Shown piece by piece: positions 46,448 through 56,400 of a DNA stretch of 64,000 nt. Source of the stretch: Alphaproteobacteria bacterium. GTDB lineage: Bacteria > Pseudomonadota > Alphaproteobacteria > JAWKYA01. Where the stretch lies: positions 2,279 through 66,278 of the forward strand of contig JAWKYA010000007.1 of the NCBI GenBank assembly GCA_041396725.1, given 5' to 3'. Under the pieces are notes generated by a model. It had not been told where the DNA came from. It did no database searches and saw only the letters and a list, made by a program, of their open reading frames with translations. A program made the position numbers and the translations under genes. Positions within the stretch are counted from its first letter, which is position 1; every line of letters begins with the position of its first letter.

Positions 46448-48679
46448 ATGACATTACCTGCTACCACATCCCCGATTCCCCCTGCCGCTGAACCTGAATG
46501 GCTAACCAGCCTCAATACGGCGCAGCGAGCGGCGGTTGAGGCAACCGAAGGCCCAGTTCTGGTTTTGGCTGGGGCTGGCACAGGAAAAACGCGCACTTTA
46601 ACGGCGCGACTCGCCTATTTGCTCCGAACCGGTAAGGCGCGTCCGGGAGAGATCCTCGCTGTGACCTTTACCAATAAAGCGGCTCAAGAGATGACCGAGC
46701 GGGTTGCCGCGCTGATTGGCCGTCCGGTGGAAAACTGGTGGTTAGGGACTTTTCATGCCTTAGGGGTGCGTATTTTACGCCGCCATGCCGAGTTGGTCGG
46801 TCTGAAGCCTGGGTTTTCGATCCTCGATACCGATGATCAGGTGCGCTTACTCAAGCAGGTCATGGAAGCCGAGGGGATAGACGATAAGAAATGGCCGGCC
46901 CGAGTCCTGGCTGCCATCGTTCAACGATGGAAAGATCGAGGGCTTGGCCCTGAAAATATTAACGTAGCGGATGCTGGCGACTTTGCCGGAGGTCGCAGTG
47001 CGGCGCTTTACATGCAGTATCAAAATCGCTTGCGCATTTTAAATGCTGTCGATTTTGGCGATCTTCTTTTGCTGTGTATCAAACTGTTTCAGCGACATCC
47101 GGATATTCTTTCAGAATACCAACAGCGGTTTCGTTATTTGCTGGTGGATGAATATCAAGATACGAACGTAGCTCAGTATCTCTGGCTGCGGTTGCTGGCT
47201 CAAAATGTTCAAGGCGGCGCGTCTCATATTTGTTGCGTGGGTGACGATGACCAATCCATCTATGGGTGGCGTGGTGCAGAGGTGGGAAACATTCTCCGGT
47301 TCGAGCGAGATTTCCCAGGCGCGACCGTGGTGCGGCTCGAGCAAAACTACCGTTCCACCGGGCATATTCTCGGAGCTGCCGCAGGGTTGATCTCCCATAA
47401 CGAAGATCGATTGGGAAAGACCCTTTGGAGTGCGGATGCGCTCGGTGAAAAGGTTCAAATCCTCGCACTTTGGGATGGAGAAGAGGAGGCGCGGTGGGTT
47501 GGGGATGCTATCGAAACACTGCAACGCCAAGAAATCTCCCTGGGTGATATGGCGGTGTTGGTGCGTGCGGGGTGGCAGACACGGGAATTTGAAGAACGAT
47601 TTATGACCTTGGGCCTCCCTTATCGGGTTATCGGTGGTCCCCGGTTTTATGAGCGTCAGGAAATCCGGGATGCCTTGGCCTATCTCCGCGTTGTTGCTCA
47701 GCCCGATGATGACTTGGCATTCGAGCGCATCATAAATGTGCCACGTCGGGGAATTGGCACGGCGACTGTGCAGACCCTCCATACCTTAGGTCGGGCGACG
47801 GGATGCTCGCTGATGACGGCGGCGATCCAACTCTGTACGACCGATGAACTAAAACCCGCCGCGCGACGCGCCCTAGCTAAATTGATCGCCGACTTCGATC
47901 GGTGGCGCGACCTAAGCCGCGATATGTCCCATGTAGAGTTAGCAGGAATTATCCTTGATGAAAGCGGTTATACGGCCATGTGGCAGGCGGATCGTTCGGC
48001 TGAAGCGCCGGGACGGTTAGAGAATTTAAAAGAACTTGTCGCCGCCCTCGCCGAATTTGAAAACCTTAATGGGTTTCTCGAGCATGTGGCTTTAGTGATG
48101 GAGAACGATGGGTCCACCGAAGGGGCGCGCGTAAGCATCATGACCCTTCATGGTGCCAAGGGACTTGAGTTCGATACGGTGTTTCTCCCCGGGTGGGAAG
48201 AGGGTGTTTTTCCCAATCCACGCAGCTTAGATGAAAATGGCGCAGCGGGCTTAGAGGAAGAGCGACGCCTAGCCTATGTTGGCATTACCCGTGCACGCCG
48301 GCGGTTGACGATTTTGTCGGTCGCTAACCGGCGTATTTATGGAACTTGGCAAAGCTGTATTCCCTCGCGATTTCTGGATGAATTACCCGCTGAAGATATC
48401 GAGCGTTCGGGATCGCCAGGATTGAGTGCAGGTGCCAATCGTGCTGTAGGGGTGCTACGGGAAATGCGCACCGGATGGCAACGCGCCCAACTCTCATCGA
48501 GTTCTTCGGGTGGATATGCTCCAGACGATATCTATGATGAAATCGCCACTGGCGATCGCATTTTCCATGTGAAGTTTGGTATGGGAACGGTGTTGGCAAC
48601 CGATATGGATCGCTTGACTATCGCTTTCGATGCAGCCGGTGAGAAAACCGTTGTCGCTGGCTTTGTCCGCAAAGCATGA
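46448..48679 (+). CDS. UvrD/Rep/PcrA-family ATP-dependent DNA helicase
   Basis: AGAGTGKT (motif I), LLVDEYQDTN (II), VGDDDQSIYGWRGA (III), QNYRS (IV), TLHGAKGLEFD and VGITRA (V/VI). Confidence 0.92.
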   Translation: MTLPATTSPIPPAAEPEWLTSLNTAQRAAVEATEGPVLVLAGAGTGKTRTLTARLAYLLRTGKARPGEILAVTFTNKAAQEMTERVAALIGRPVENWWLGTFHALGVRILRRHAELVGLKPGFSILDTDDQVRLLKQVMEAEGIDDKKWPARVLAAIVQRWKDRGLGPENINVADAGDFAGGRSAALYMQYQNRLRILNAVDFGDLLLLCIKLFQRHPDILSEYQQRFRYLLVDEYQDTNVAQYLWLRLLAQNVQGGASHICCVGDDDQSIYGWRGAEVGNILRFERDFPGATVVRLEQNYRSTGHILGAAAGLISHNEDRLGKTLWSADALGEKVQILALWDGEEEARWVGDAIETLQRQEISLGDMAVLVRAGWQTREFEERFMTLGLPYRVIGGPRFYERQEIRDALAYLRVVAQPDDDLAFERIINVPRRGIGTATVQTLHTLGRATGCSLMTAAIQLCTTDELKPAARRALAKLIADFDRWRDLSRDMSHVELAGIILDESGYTAMWQADRSAEAPGRLENLKELVAALAEFENLNGFLEHVALVMENDGSTEGARVSIMTLHGAKGLEFDTVFLPGWEEGVFPNPRSLDENGAAGLEEERRLAYVGITRARRRLTILSVANRRIYGTWQSCIPSRFLDELPAEDIERSGSPGLSAGANRAVGVLREMRTGWQRAQLSSSSSGGYAPDDIYDEIATGDRIFHVKFGMGTVLATDMDRLTIAFDAAGEKTVVAGFVRKA

Positions 48680-49562
48680 ACGATCCGAAGCATATTCGTC
48701 TTGTCATAACTGTCCCCCAAGCCGCCGCCGCAATGACGGCCGCAGCATTAGAGGCTTATTGTGTTGCTGTATCTGCCTTTGAGCTTGACCCAGGGGGTGA
48801 CTGGATCATTGAAGCTATTGCGACGACCCTGCCTGACCCAGAGGCCTTGACGACATCCTTGGCCTTGGTAGAGGCGGTATCTGGTGTTTCTGTTCCTCTG
48901 CCAACGGTCGAATCCTTGCCCGATATCGATTGGTTAGCTGAAAATCGCAAAGCTTCGTTCCTATCTGCACCAAGCGGTTCTTCATTCGCCCCAGTCATTC
49001 AGATGCCTTGCCACCCGCAGGTGCCATTGTACTGACCATCGATGCGGCTACCGCTTTTGGCACGGGATCGCACGAGACGACGCGGGGATGTCTTCTGATG
49101 CTGGAGGGCTTGACCAAGAAATATCGCCAGGTCAGTCGTGTGCTGGATATGGGATGTGGCACTGGCATTCTCGGATTTGCTGCTTCCCAACTATGGCCCT
49201 TATCGCGCAAGGTTTTGGGCGTCGACCTCGATCCTGCCTCTGTTCGGGTTGCCAATGGCAATGCTAGACTTAATCATCTGACACCATTTTTCACGGCGGT
49301 TGCAGGTCCGGGCTATCGGGCCCCGGGCGTTACCCGTCTGGGACCGTACGACCTTATTGTCGCGAATATCTTGGCTCCACCATTGATTGCTATGGCTGGC
49401 GAGCTTCATCGCCATCTGGCAAGGAAGGGGATTGCTATTTTATCAGGATTTCTTTTTCACCAAGAACGTCAAGTGCTGACGCGTCATGAGGCTTACGGTC
49501 TTCGCCGTATCGCGCGGCTTCGCCTGGGTGATTGGATGATCGTTGCCCTGCGCCGCGACTAG
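48676..49562 (+). CDS. prmA: ribosomal protein L11 methyltransferase, split by a 1-nt frameshift at the A-run 48949-48951
   Basis: The N-terminal part (frame of 48676) ends ...DIDWLAENRKASF, then nonsense. The other frame continues SFVPICTKRFFIRPSHSDALPPAGAIVLTIDAATAFGTGSHETTRGCL...LDMGCGTGILG. Restoring one A (cgc aaa agc ttc) gives one ORF; 887+1 nt is divisible by 3. Confidence 0.8.
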
Positions 49563-50710
49563 CGACGCCAGTTTTTCAAAAGAAAAGCTGCTTCTTCGAT
49601 TTCGCAGGGATCGCCGGCATAGGAAATCCGCAGGGTACTGTGGCCACGCGCAGGATCAAAATCCACTCCTGGCGTTATTGCCACCCCAAGCTCATCAAGA
49701 ATGCGGGCACAAAAGGCACTACTGTCATTGGTAAGATGACCGATATCCGCGTAAAGATAAAAAGCGCCATCTGCTGGAGCGAGGCGATCAAATCCAGCCT
49801 TAGGGAGCTCTCGCAACAGAAGTTCACGGTTGAGAGCATACCGCGCGACGTTTGCATCCAACTCATCGGAGCAGTCGAAGGCCGCTAGCGCTGCCTTTTG
49901 GGCAATTGCGGGCGCTGAGATATAGAGATTTTGCATTAAACACTCGAGCGGCCGGATAAGATCCTCAGGTACGATGAGCCAACCGAGGCGCCATCCCGTC
50001 ATGCAAAAATATTTTGAAAAACTATTAATGATAAGAGCATCAGACGAATAGGTTAGGGCGGTTACCCCTTTGCGGCCTTCGTAGGTAATGCCATGATAAA
50101 TCTCGTCGGAAATAAGTCGAATCCCGCGTTTCTGACAATAGGTGGCTAGGGCGCTCATCTCTGGGGCATCGACCATGGTTCCCGCAGGATTTGAGGGGCT
50201 TGCGAGGATGAGTCCATCTAACGGTCCAGAAACTTGATCGAGAAGAGAGGGTGTTGGCTGGAAACGTTGAGCGGGGCCGCTGAGGATTTCGACAGGTTTA
50301 AGATCGAGAGAGGTTAGAATATTGCGATAGGCGGGATACCCGGGTGCTGCAAGTGCAACCTGATCCCCCGCGTCAAAGGCCGTTAGGAAGGCAAGAACAA
50401 ATCCCGCCGAAGATCCTGTGACCACGGCAATGCGTTCGATCGGCGGGCGCGCCCCATAGCGATCTTGATAAAAATCGGCGATTCTTTGTCGTAGAGCGGG
50501 CAGGCCCAAGGCTTCCGTATAGCCGAGTTTATCCTCTTTAAGGGCTATACGAGCCGCTTCCAATACCTGTGCTGGCGCAGAACAGCCAGGTTGACCAATC
50601 TCGAGGTGCAGGATCTTTTGACCTGCTGCCGCTCGGGCATTGGCAGTTCGTAAGACTTCCATAACCTGAAAAGGGGAAACCTGCCCCCGATGGGAAGATT
50701 TTAAAGCCAT
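49559..50710 (-). CDS. class I/II pyridoxal-phosphate-dependent aminotransferase
   Basis: SFSKYFCMTGWRLGW (PLP-lysine motif) and NPAGT. The Met at 50710 is preferred. Confidence 0.85.
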   Translation of the reverse strand: MALKSSHRGQVSPFQVMEVLRTANARAAAGQKILHLEIGQPGCSAPAQVLEAARIALKEDKLGYTEALGLPALRQRIADFYQDRYGARPPIERIAVVTGSSAGFVLAFLTAFDAGDQVALAAPGYPAYRNILTSLDLKPVEILSGPAQRFQPTPSLLDQVSGPLDGLILASPSNPAGTMVDAPEMSALATYCQKRGIRLISDEIYHGITYEGRKGVTALTYSSDALIINSFSKYFCMTGWRLGWLIVPEDLIRPLECLMQNLYISAPAIAQKAALAAFDCSDELDANVARYALNRELLLRELPKAGFDRLAPADGAFYLYADIGHLTNDSSAFCARILDELGVAITPGVDFDPARGHSTLRISYAGDPCEIEEAAFLLKNWRR

Positions 50711-50818
50711 AATTGCCCCAATGACGCCGCAATAGGATGCATGCATAAAAATACCTAGAGCGCTATGATAAAGCTAGACCAGAACGAATGAAGGTGTTTT
50801 TTGTTTAGATCAGGGTTG

Positions 50819-52159
50819 ATGGCGCTGGGGCTCAGTTTAACCATACTGATCCCCTTTCAAGCCAATGCGCAGGGGAAGATATCGATTATTCGCGATGCGG
50901 AAATCGAGAATACGTTGCGCGTTTATGCAACGCCAATATTTATTTCGGCGGGTCTCGTTCCTGAAGACGTGCGCCTTCATATCGTAAGCGACCCCCGGCT
51001 CAACGCCTTCGTCGCTGGTGGGCAGCGCATGTTCCTCCATACCGGTCTTTTAATGCGCGCTGACAATCCTAGCCAGGTTATTGGAGTTATGGCGCACGAA
51101 ACGGGCCATATCGCCGGGGGCCATCTGGCCCGCGCCTACGAAGCGCTTCGCAATGCGAATGCGCAAGCGATTGTAAGTAGTTTGCTGGCCATTGGTGTTG
51201 GTGTGGCGGCGGGGCGCCCCGATGCGGCCATGGCTGGCGTACAAGTGGGCCAGGGTATGGCTATCGCTAGTCTGATGTCCTATAGCCGAGGACAAGAAGC
51301 TTCTGCCGATCAGGCAGGAGTATCCTTTCTTGAACAGAATGGCTTGTCAGCCCGAGGGTTGATGGAGTTTTTCGATATTCTTCGCACCGAAGAACAAAAA
51401 TATGGTGGCAATGGCAGCCTTTACTTGCGAAGCCATCCACTCACCGAAGAGCGGATCAGCTTTGTTGCTGCGCATCTTAAAACCTCCCGCTATACGGATG
51501 CGAAGCTTGCGCCCGATCTTATCGACCGCCATGAAAGAATGCGGGCCAAGCTGGCTGGTTTTTTATATCCGCCCAAGCGGGTTCTCGAATCTTATTATCC
51601 TGATGAAAAAACCCTTTATGCGCGCTATGCGCGAGCGATCGCTTATTATCGGCTGGCAAACCTGACCGCAGCTTTACCGCTCATCGATGGATTGATTGCC
51701 GAACTTCCAAACGATCCTTACTTCCACGAATTGCGCGGGCAGATGTTGTTCGATAACGGCCGGATCGCCGAATCCTTGCCGTCCTATCAAAAGGCTGTGC
51801 AGTTGGCGCCTGACGAGCCCTTGCTGCAATCCGAGATTGCCCGCGTTCAAATCGAATTAAACAATCAGGCACTGCTCCCCGAAGCAATCGAACATCTAAA
51901 AGAGTCGGTTGCTCGAGACGATGAAGAACCGGGTCCTTGGCGGTTGCTGGCCATCGCTTATGGTCGATTAGGTGATATGGGAAATTCGTCTTTGGGCTTG
52001 GCGGAGAGCGCCTTGCGGCGTGGTAATGCGCGTGAGGCTCAGCTTCAGGCCAAGCGGGCGCAGGGAGTGTTAGCCTACGGTTCGCCAGGTTGGTTGCGGG
52101 CCCAAGATATCGAGCGCGCCGCTTCGGATGAAATCCGCAAAACGCGCGATCGACGGTGA
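50819..52159 (+). CDS. M48-family metalloprotease with C-terminal TPR domain (BepA-like)
   Basis: Signal peptide, HETGHIAGGH zinc motif, downstream E ligand region, then TPR-like repeats. Confidence 0.8.
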   Translation: MALGLSLTILIPFQANAQGKISIIRDAEIENTLRVYATPIFISAGLVPEDVRLHIVSDPRLNAFVAGGQRMFLHTGLLMRADNPSQVIGVMAHETGHIAGGHLARAYEALRNANAQAIVSSLLAIGVGVAAGRPDAAMAGVQVGQGMAIASLMSYSRGQEASADQAGVSFLEQNGLSARGLMEFFDILRTEEQKYGGNGSLYLRSHPLTEERISFVAAHLKTSRYTDAKLAPDLIDRHERMRAKLAGFLYPPKRVLESYYPDEKTLYARYARAIAYYRLANLTAALPLIDGLIAELPNDPYFHELRGQMLFDNGRIAESLPSYQKAVQLAPDEPLLQSEIARVQIELNNQALLPEAIEHLKESVARDDEEPGPWRLLAIAYGRLGDMGNSSLGLAESALRRGNAREAQLQAKRAQGVLAYGSPGWLRAQDIERAASDEIRKTRDRR

Positions 52160-52242
52160 TACCTGTCACAAGATCGTGATGTCGTCTTGGCTAGGCGGCG
52201 ATGACACGGCTCGCTAGGGTCAGTTTTTCATATACAGGACTC

Positions 52243-53046
52243 ATGATGCATCGATTTTATCCCCTACTTTTTGCCCAGGCTGTTGTTACTGGTAGCTTAA
52301 TTCTATTCCCTCTAGGGGGGATGGCAGCGGGGCCCGTGGATTCACCGGGAACATCGTCGGAGCCCCTTAAATTGGAATCCTTGTCACCGCAACAAGCGCG
52401 CGATGTCGAGGCGATCTTGCGGTCGCTTCTGAAGACACATCCCGAGATCATTATCGAAGCTGTGGAAGAATTCGCGACGCAAGAAAAGCTTGTAACGAGC
52501 GAAGAAGAAAAGCGCGCTGTTAAAGGATTGCTAGAGGATCTTGCGAAAAATATAAATGCGCCAGTTATTGGTAATGCCAAGGGCGATATCACGGTTGTCG
52601 AATTTTTTGACTATAATTGTCCGTATTGCCGGCAAATCTCCCCGGATATCTTACGCTTCTTGCGAGAGGATGGCCGCATCCGGATGGTTATGTTGGAGTT
52701 CCCAGTTCTAGGACCAACATCGATTGTCGCTGCAAAAGCTGCCCTCGCTGCAGATAATCAAGGTAAATATGCCGAGATGCATACGGCCTTGATGAGCGCT
52801 ACGACGCGCCATGACGAAGCTTCGATCATGATGATCGCCGCCGGTCTTGGGCTTGATATGAAAAAACTCAAAGCGGACATGGATAGCAAGGCAGTGATGG
52901 ATCGGTTAACGGTTTCTTTCCATCATGCCAATGCTCTGGGCTTGCAAGGAACGCCGGCTTTTCTGATCGAGAATCTGCTTTACCCAGGAGCTTTGCCGGC
53001 TGCTAAATTGGCGGAGTTCGTTGCCACGGCGCGCAAAAACAAATGA
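52243..53046 (+). CDS. DsbA-family thiol:disulfide oxidoreductase
   Basis: Signal/TM segment, then FFDYNCPYCRQ (CxxC) and GTPAFLI. Confidence 0.8.
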   Translation: MMHRFYPLLFAQAVVTGSLILFPLGGMAAGPVDSPGTSSEPLKLESLSPQQARDVEAILRSLLKTHPEIIIEAVEEFATQEKLVTSEEEKRAVKGLLEDLAKNINAPVIGNAKGDITVVEFFDYNCPYCRQISPDILRFLREDGRIRMVMLEFPVLGPTSIVAAKAALAADNQGKYAEMHTALMSATTRHDEASIMMIAAGLGLDMKKLKADMDSKAVMDRLTVSFHHANALGLQGTPAFLIENLLYPGALPAAKLAEFVATARKNK

Positions 53047-53049
53047 CAA

Positions 53050-53235
53050 TCAATCTTCGCTCTCGCTGAGGCGATGCCCTGACAAAAGACGGTCATTGCG
53101 CACTTTATCTCTCGTCTCTTGCAATTTTTCGGCCTTGGTTTTGCCGAATCGTAGACGATTTTCAATGGCAGTTTGTGCTGCTTTGCGACGATTACGGTTC
53201 TTGCGGTGGCGCCGAAGGTTCAGAATATCTGCCAT
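53050..53235 (-). CDS. DUF4169 family small basic protein
   Basis: MADILNLRRHRKNRNRRKAAQTAIENRLRFGKTKAEK...LSGHRL matches the recalled family pattern. The Met at 53235 is preferred. Confidence 0.6.
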   Translation of the reverse strand: MADILNLRRHRKNRNRRKAAQTAIENRLRFGKTKAEKLQETRDKVRNDRLLSGHRLSESED

Positions 53236-53411
53236 ATTTATGAAACCTGATCTCAATTCAGAACTTATTCAGGGGGAGGGGTGCACAATGACTTATAAAA
53301 CAAGATAGAATAGCGGTCATCGTGTATTAACCTTAAGAGATTATGGCTACCGGAAGGTATAGTCGATTTCCATCGAAGACGTAATTTAAGATTAAGATAG
53401 GGAGCGATTGG

Positions 53412-56400
53412 ATGCGTAAGATTTTTTTTACTTTAAGAGCACTAATCGTTTTGGTGGCGGCCGCGGCAATTATTGGCCCTAAGTTTTACAATTGGAATGT
53501 CTATAAGCCCGATGTCATTGCCAAGGTCGAGGCCGAGACGAATGGGCGCAAAGCCTATATCGATGGCGATATTAGCGTGAGCTTATTTCCAAGTCCGGTA
53601 GCGACGGTTCACGGCTTACGGATTGCCAGCCTACCTGGGGCTACGGAACCTGACCTTGTGACCCTGTCTCAGGTTGACGTTCACCTGAAGTTTATTCCAT
53701 TGCTAAGTGGCGAACTAGCACCATCAGGCATCACTTTGATCGATCCTGTCGCCGCCTTGGAAGTTTTAGCCGATGGCCGGAAGACCTGGGATTTTGCTGT
53801 GTCACCGGCTCCCTCTGCAACTCCCGGCACGGGTGGCCAGTTGCAGCCACCACCGCCAGCGACCCCAGCGCCCACGGCAGCCGCTGCAGGAGAAGATATC
53901 GGCATTCATAATCTTTCGATCGAGAACGGAACGGTGATCTGGCGTGATCAAGCTACAGGATCGGTTGATCGCGTTACCAATATCGACACCGATGTTACGT
54001 TGGATTCGATGAATGGACCTTTTGCCCTCGATGGGTCCATGGTGGCGCGCGGTCTGGAAACGAAGATTGAAGGCCAGCTTGGCGACTTAAGGTCTCTGCC
54101 GGCACCTCTGACGGCGACGGCAACCATTGCCGATACGACAGTGCAGTTTAACGGCACCTTCAGCAATACCCCGAAGGGCGCTGCTGTTAATGGCAAACTA
54201 CAAGCCAATAGCCCGGATCCGTCGCGCTTATTCTTGGCTGGCGGTGGCAGTGTCCCAGGGTTTCTGGGTCAGCCCCTGACCTTGGCGGCAACGATCGCCG
54301 GAGACGGTGTTACCCACGATATGACGATTGAGACCCTAAGCCTTGGTGACTTAAAGGCTACGGGTCGTGGGCGAGTTGTCGTGCGCGACGACCGGACGCT
54401 TTTTGATGTCGGAATCGTAGCGCCTCAGGTCGATCTAGATCGTTGGATGGCAATGCCGGCAAAGACGGCACCTGTTCCTTCTGAATCGACGACGACGGCA
54501 CCCATATCGACGCCGGCGAATCCAGCGGCACCGGCACAGCCGGGTGCGCGCGGTGCGACACCACAGACTAATGCAAAGCAACCCACAACCGAAGGCACGA
54601 TCGATCTCCGGATCGACAGTTTGGTATGGAATTCTCGTCAGGCCAAGAATGCCCATGTTTTGCTCGCGATGGCGGGACCGATCACCACCATCAAAGAAGC
54701 GACCGTATCATTGCCAGGCAACGGTACGGTTGCCTTGACAGGTACCCTTGATTCCTCTCACCAGCCGACAGCGGTGAGCGGCGTTCTCGAAGCTAAGGCC
54801 GATGAGACCCGGGAAGTATTACAATGGGCGGGCGTCGATGTGGCTGATGTTCCTACTGAGCGGTTGCGTAAATTCGATCTGCATAGCGAGTTCACAGGAA
54901 ATAGTCAGCAGATGACGATCAATCGACTACATGCCACGCTTGATGGCGCGACAGCCAATGGTGCTGCTACGGTTCAATTCGGCCAGCGGACAGGAATCGG
55001 CGCACGAGTAAGCGTGGATCGTCTCAACCTCGACGCTTACCGCAGTAAAGCTGTTAAGAAAACGGCTGGAACACCGACACCTTTAACAGGAACAGGCGAT
55101 CAAGCTCCAGCGGCTACAGACTCCGCATCCGAGGCAGCTGGTGCATGGTACGATGCGGTCGATGCGAATGTGGTGGCCACCGCACAGGCGGTGACGGTAG
55201 GTGGGCAAACCGCGCAAGGGATCGATCTCAATATCACCTTGCAAAATGGAAAGCTGACGCTCAATAGCGGTAAGATCAATGATATTGCTGGTGCTACGGT
55301 TAATGTGACACGGTATAGCGCTGCCATGGCCAATCCTTTGGCTTTCTCTTTAGAGAATTTCGATCTCCGCGTTCCTGATCCTGCACGAACCTTTAAGGCC
55401 TTGGGCCGTGAACTTCCTGCAGGGAGTAAGCCGGGGTCGATAGAGGCGACGGGCCATGCGCGCGGTGAAAACAATACGGTGAACCTCGATACGCGGATCA
55501 ATGCCTTTGGTGGCGCCACTACCGTTATGGGTGTCATTCGCGAGCCTAAAAGTGCCGACCCCAAGGCGGATATCAAGTTCAATGCCGATTTCCCCCAGGC
55601 AGCACCGATCTTCGCTATTGTGGCGCCGGGCATGCTTCCCCAAGAAACCTTAGCGCAAATCCGCGATCTTAAAGGTGAAGGTACCGTAACCGGTAGCTAC
55701 AAAGCCTTGGATGTGGATTTGTCATTTGTCGGTAATGGGGTTGGTGGCTTCCGCGCCAAGGGTAAGTTAACCGATCTTGGCACGGATAAAGCAGGTATCG
55801 ACATGGGTATGTCGGCGCGCGATTTCCGCATGCAGCTTTTTGCACCAATTCTTGAAGATCAAGTTCCAGACGCGGCGCTAAAATTCGCAGATACGGTTAA
55901 CGGTAGTCTTACGGCGCGCGGACCTTTGGCCGGACCCCAGCTTGAAATGGATCTGACCTTCAGTGGCTTTGGGGGATCCACCACCACCAAGGGCAAGGTT
56001 ATTGGCGCAGCAGGCGGGTCACCGACGATTGATCTAACCTTAGGAGCAAATTATCCGCAGTCGGGACCTCTGTTCAATGCCATCGCTCCGGGCAAGTTGT
56101 CGCCCGAGACACAACGAAACCTCGGTCAGCTTACTATGAATGGAAAGGTAGCGGGTGGGCGCGATAACCTGCGTATCGACCTTGCTTTGGCAGGGAATGG
56201 TGTTGGGAATTTCAATGCTAATGGCACGATCGCAAAGCCGTTCGATCCAGATCCGAATTTAGACATGGCGGTTAAAGCGCAGGATTTTCGGATGCAACTC
56301 TTTGCCCCCTTGATCGGCGGTGATGTTCCAACGGCACCTTTTGCTTTAGCCGAGCGAGTGAACGGCACAGTTAATGCGAAAGGTAAGGCCAGCGCTCCAA

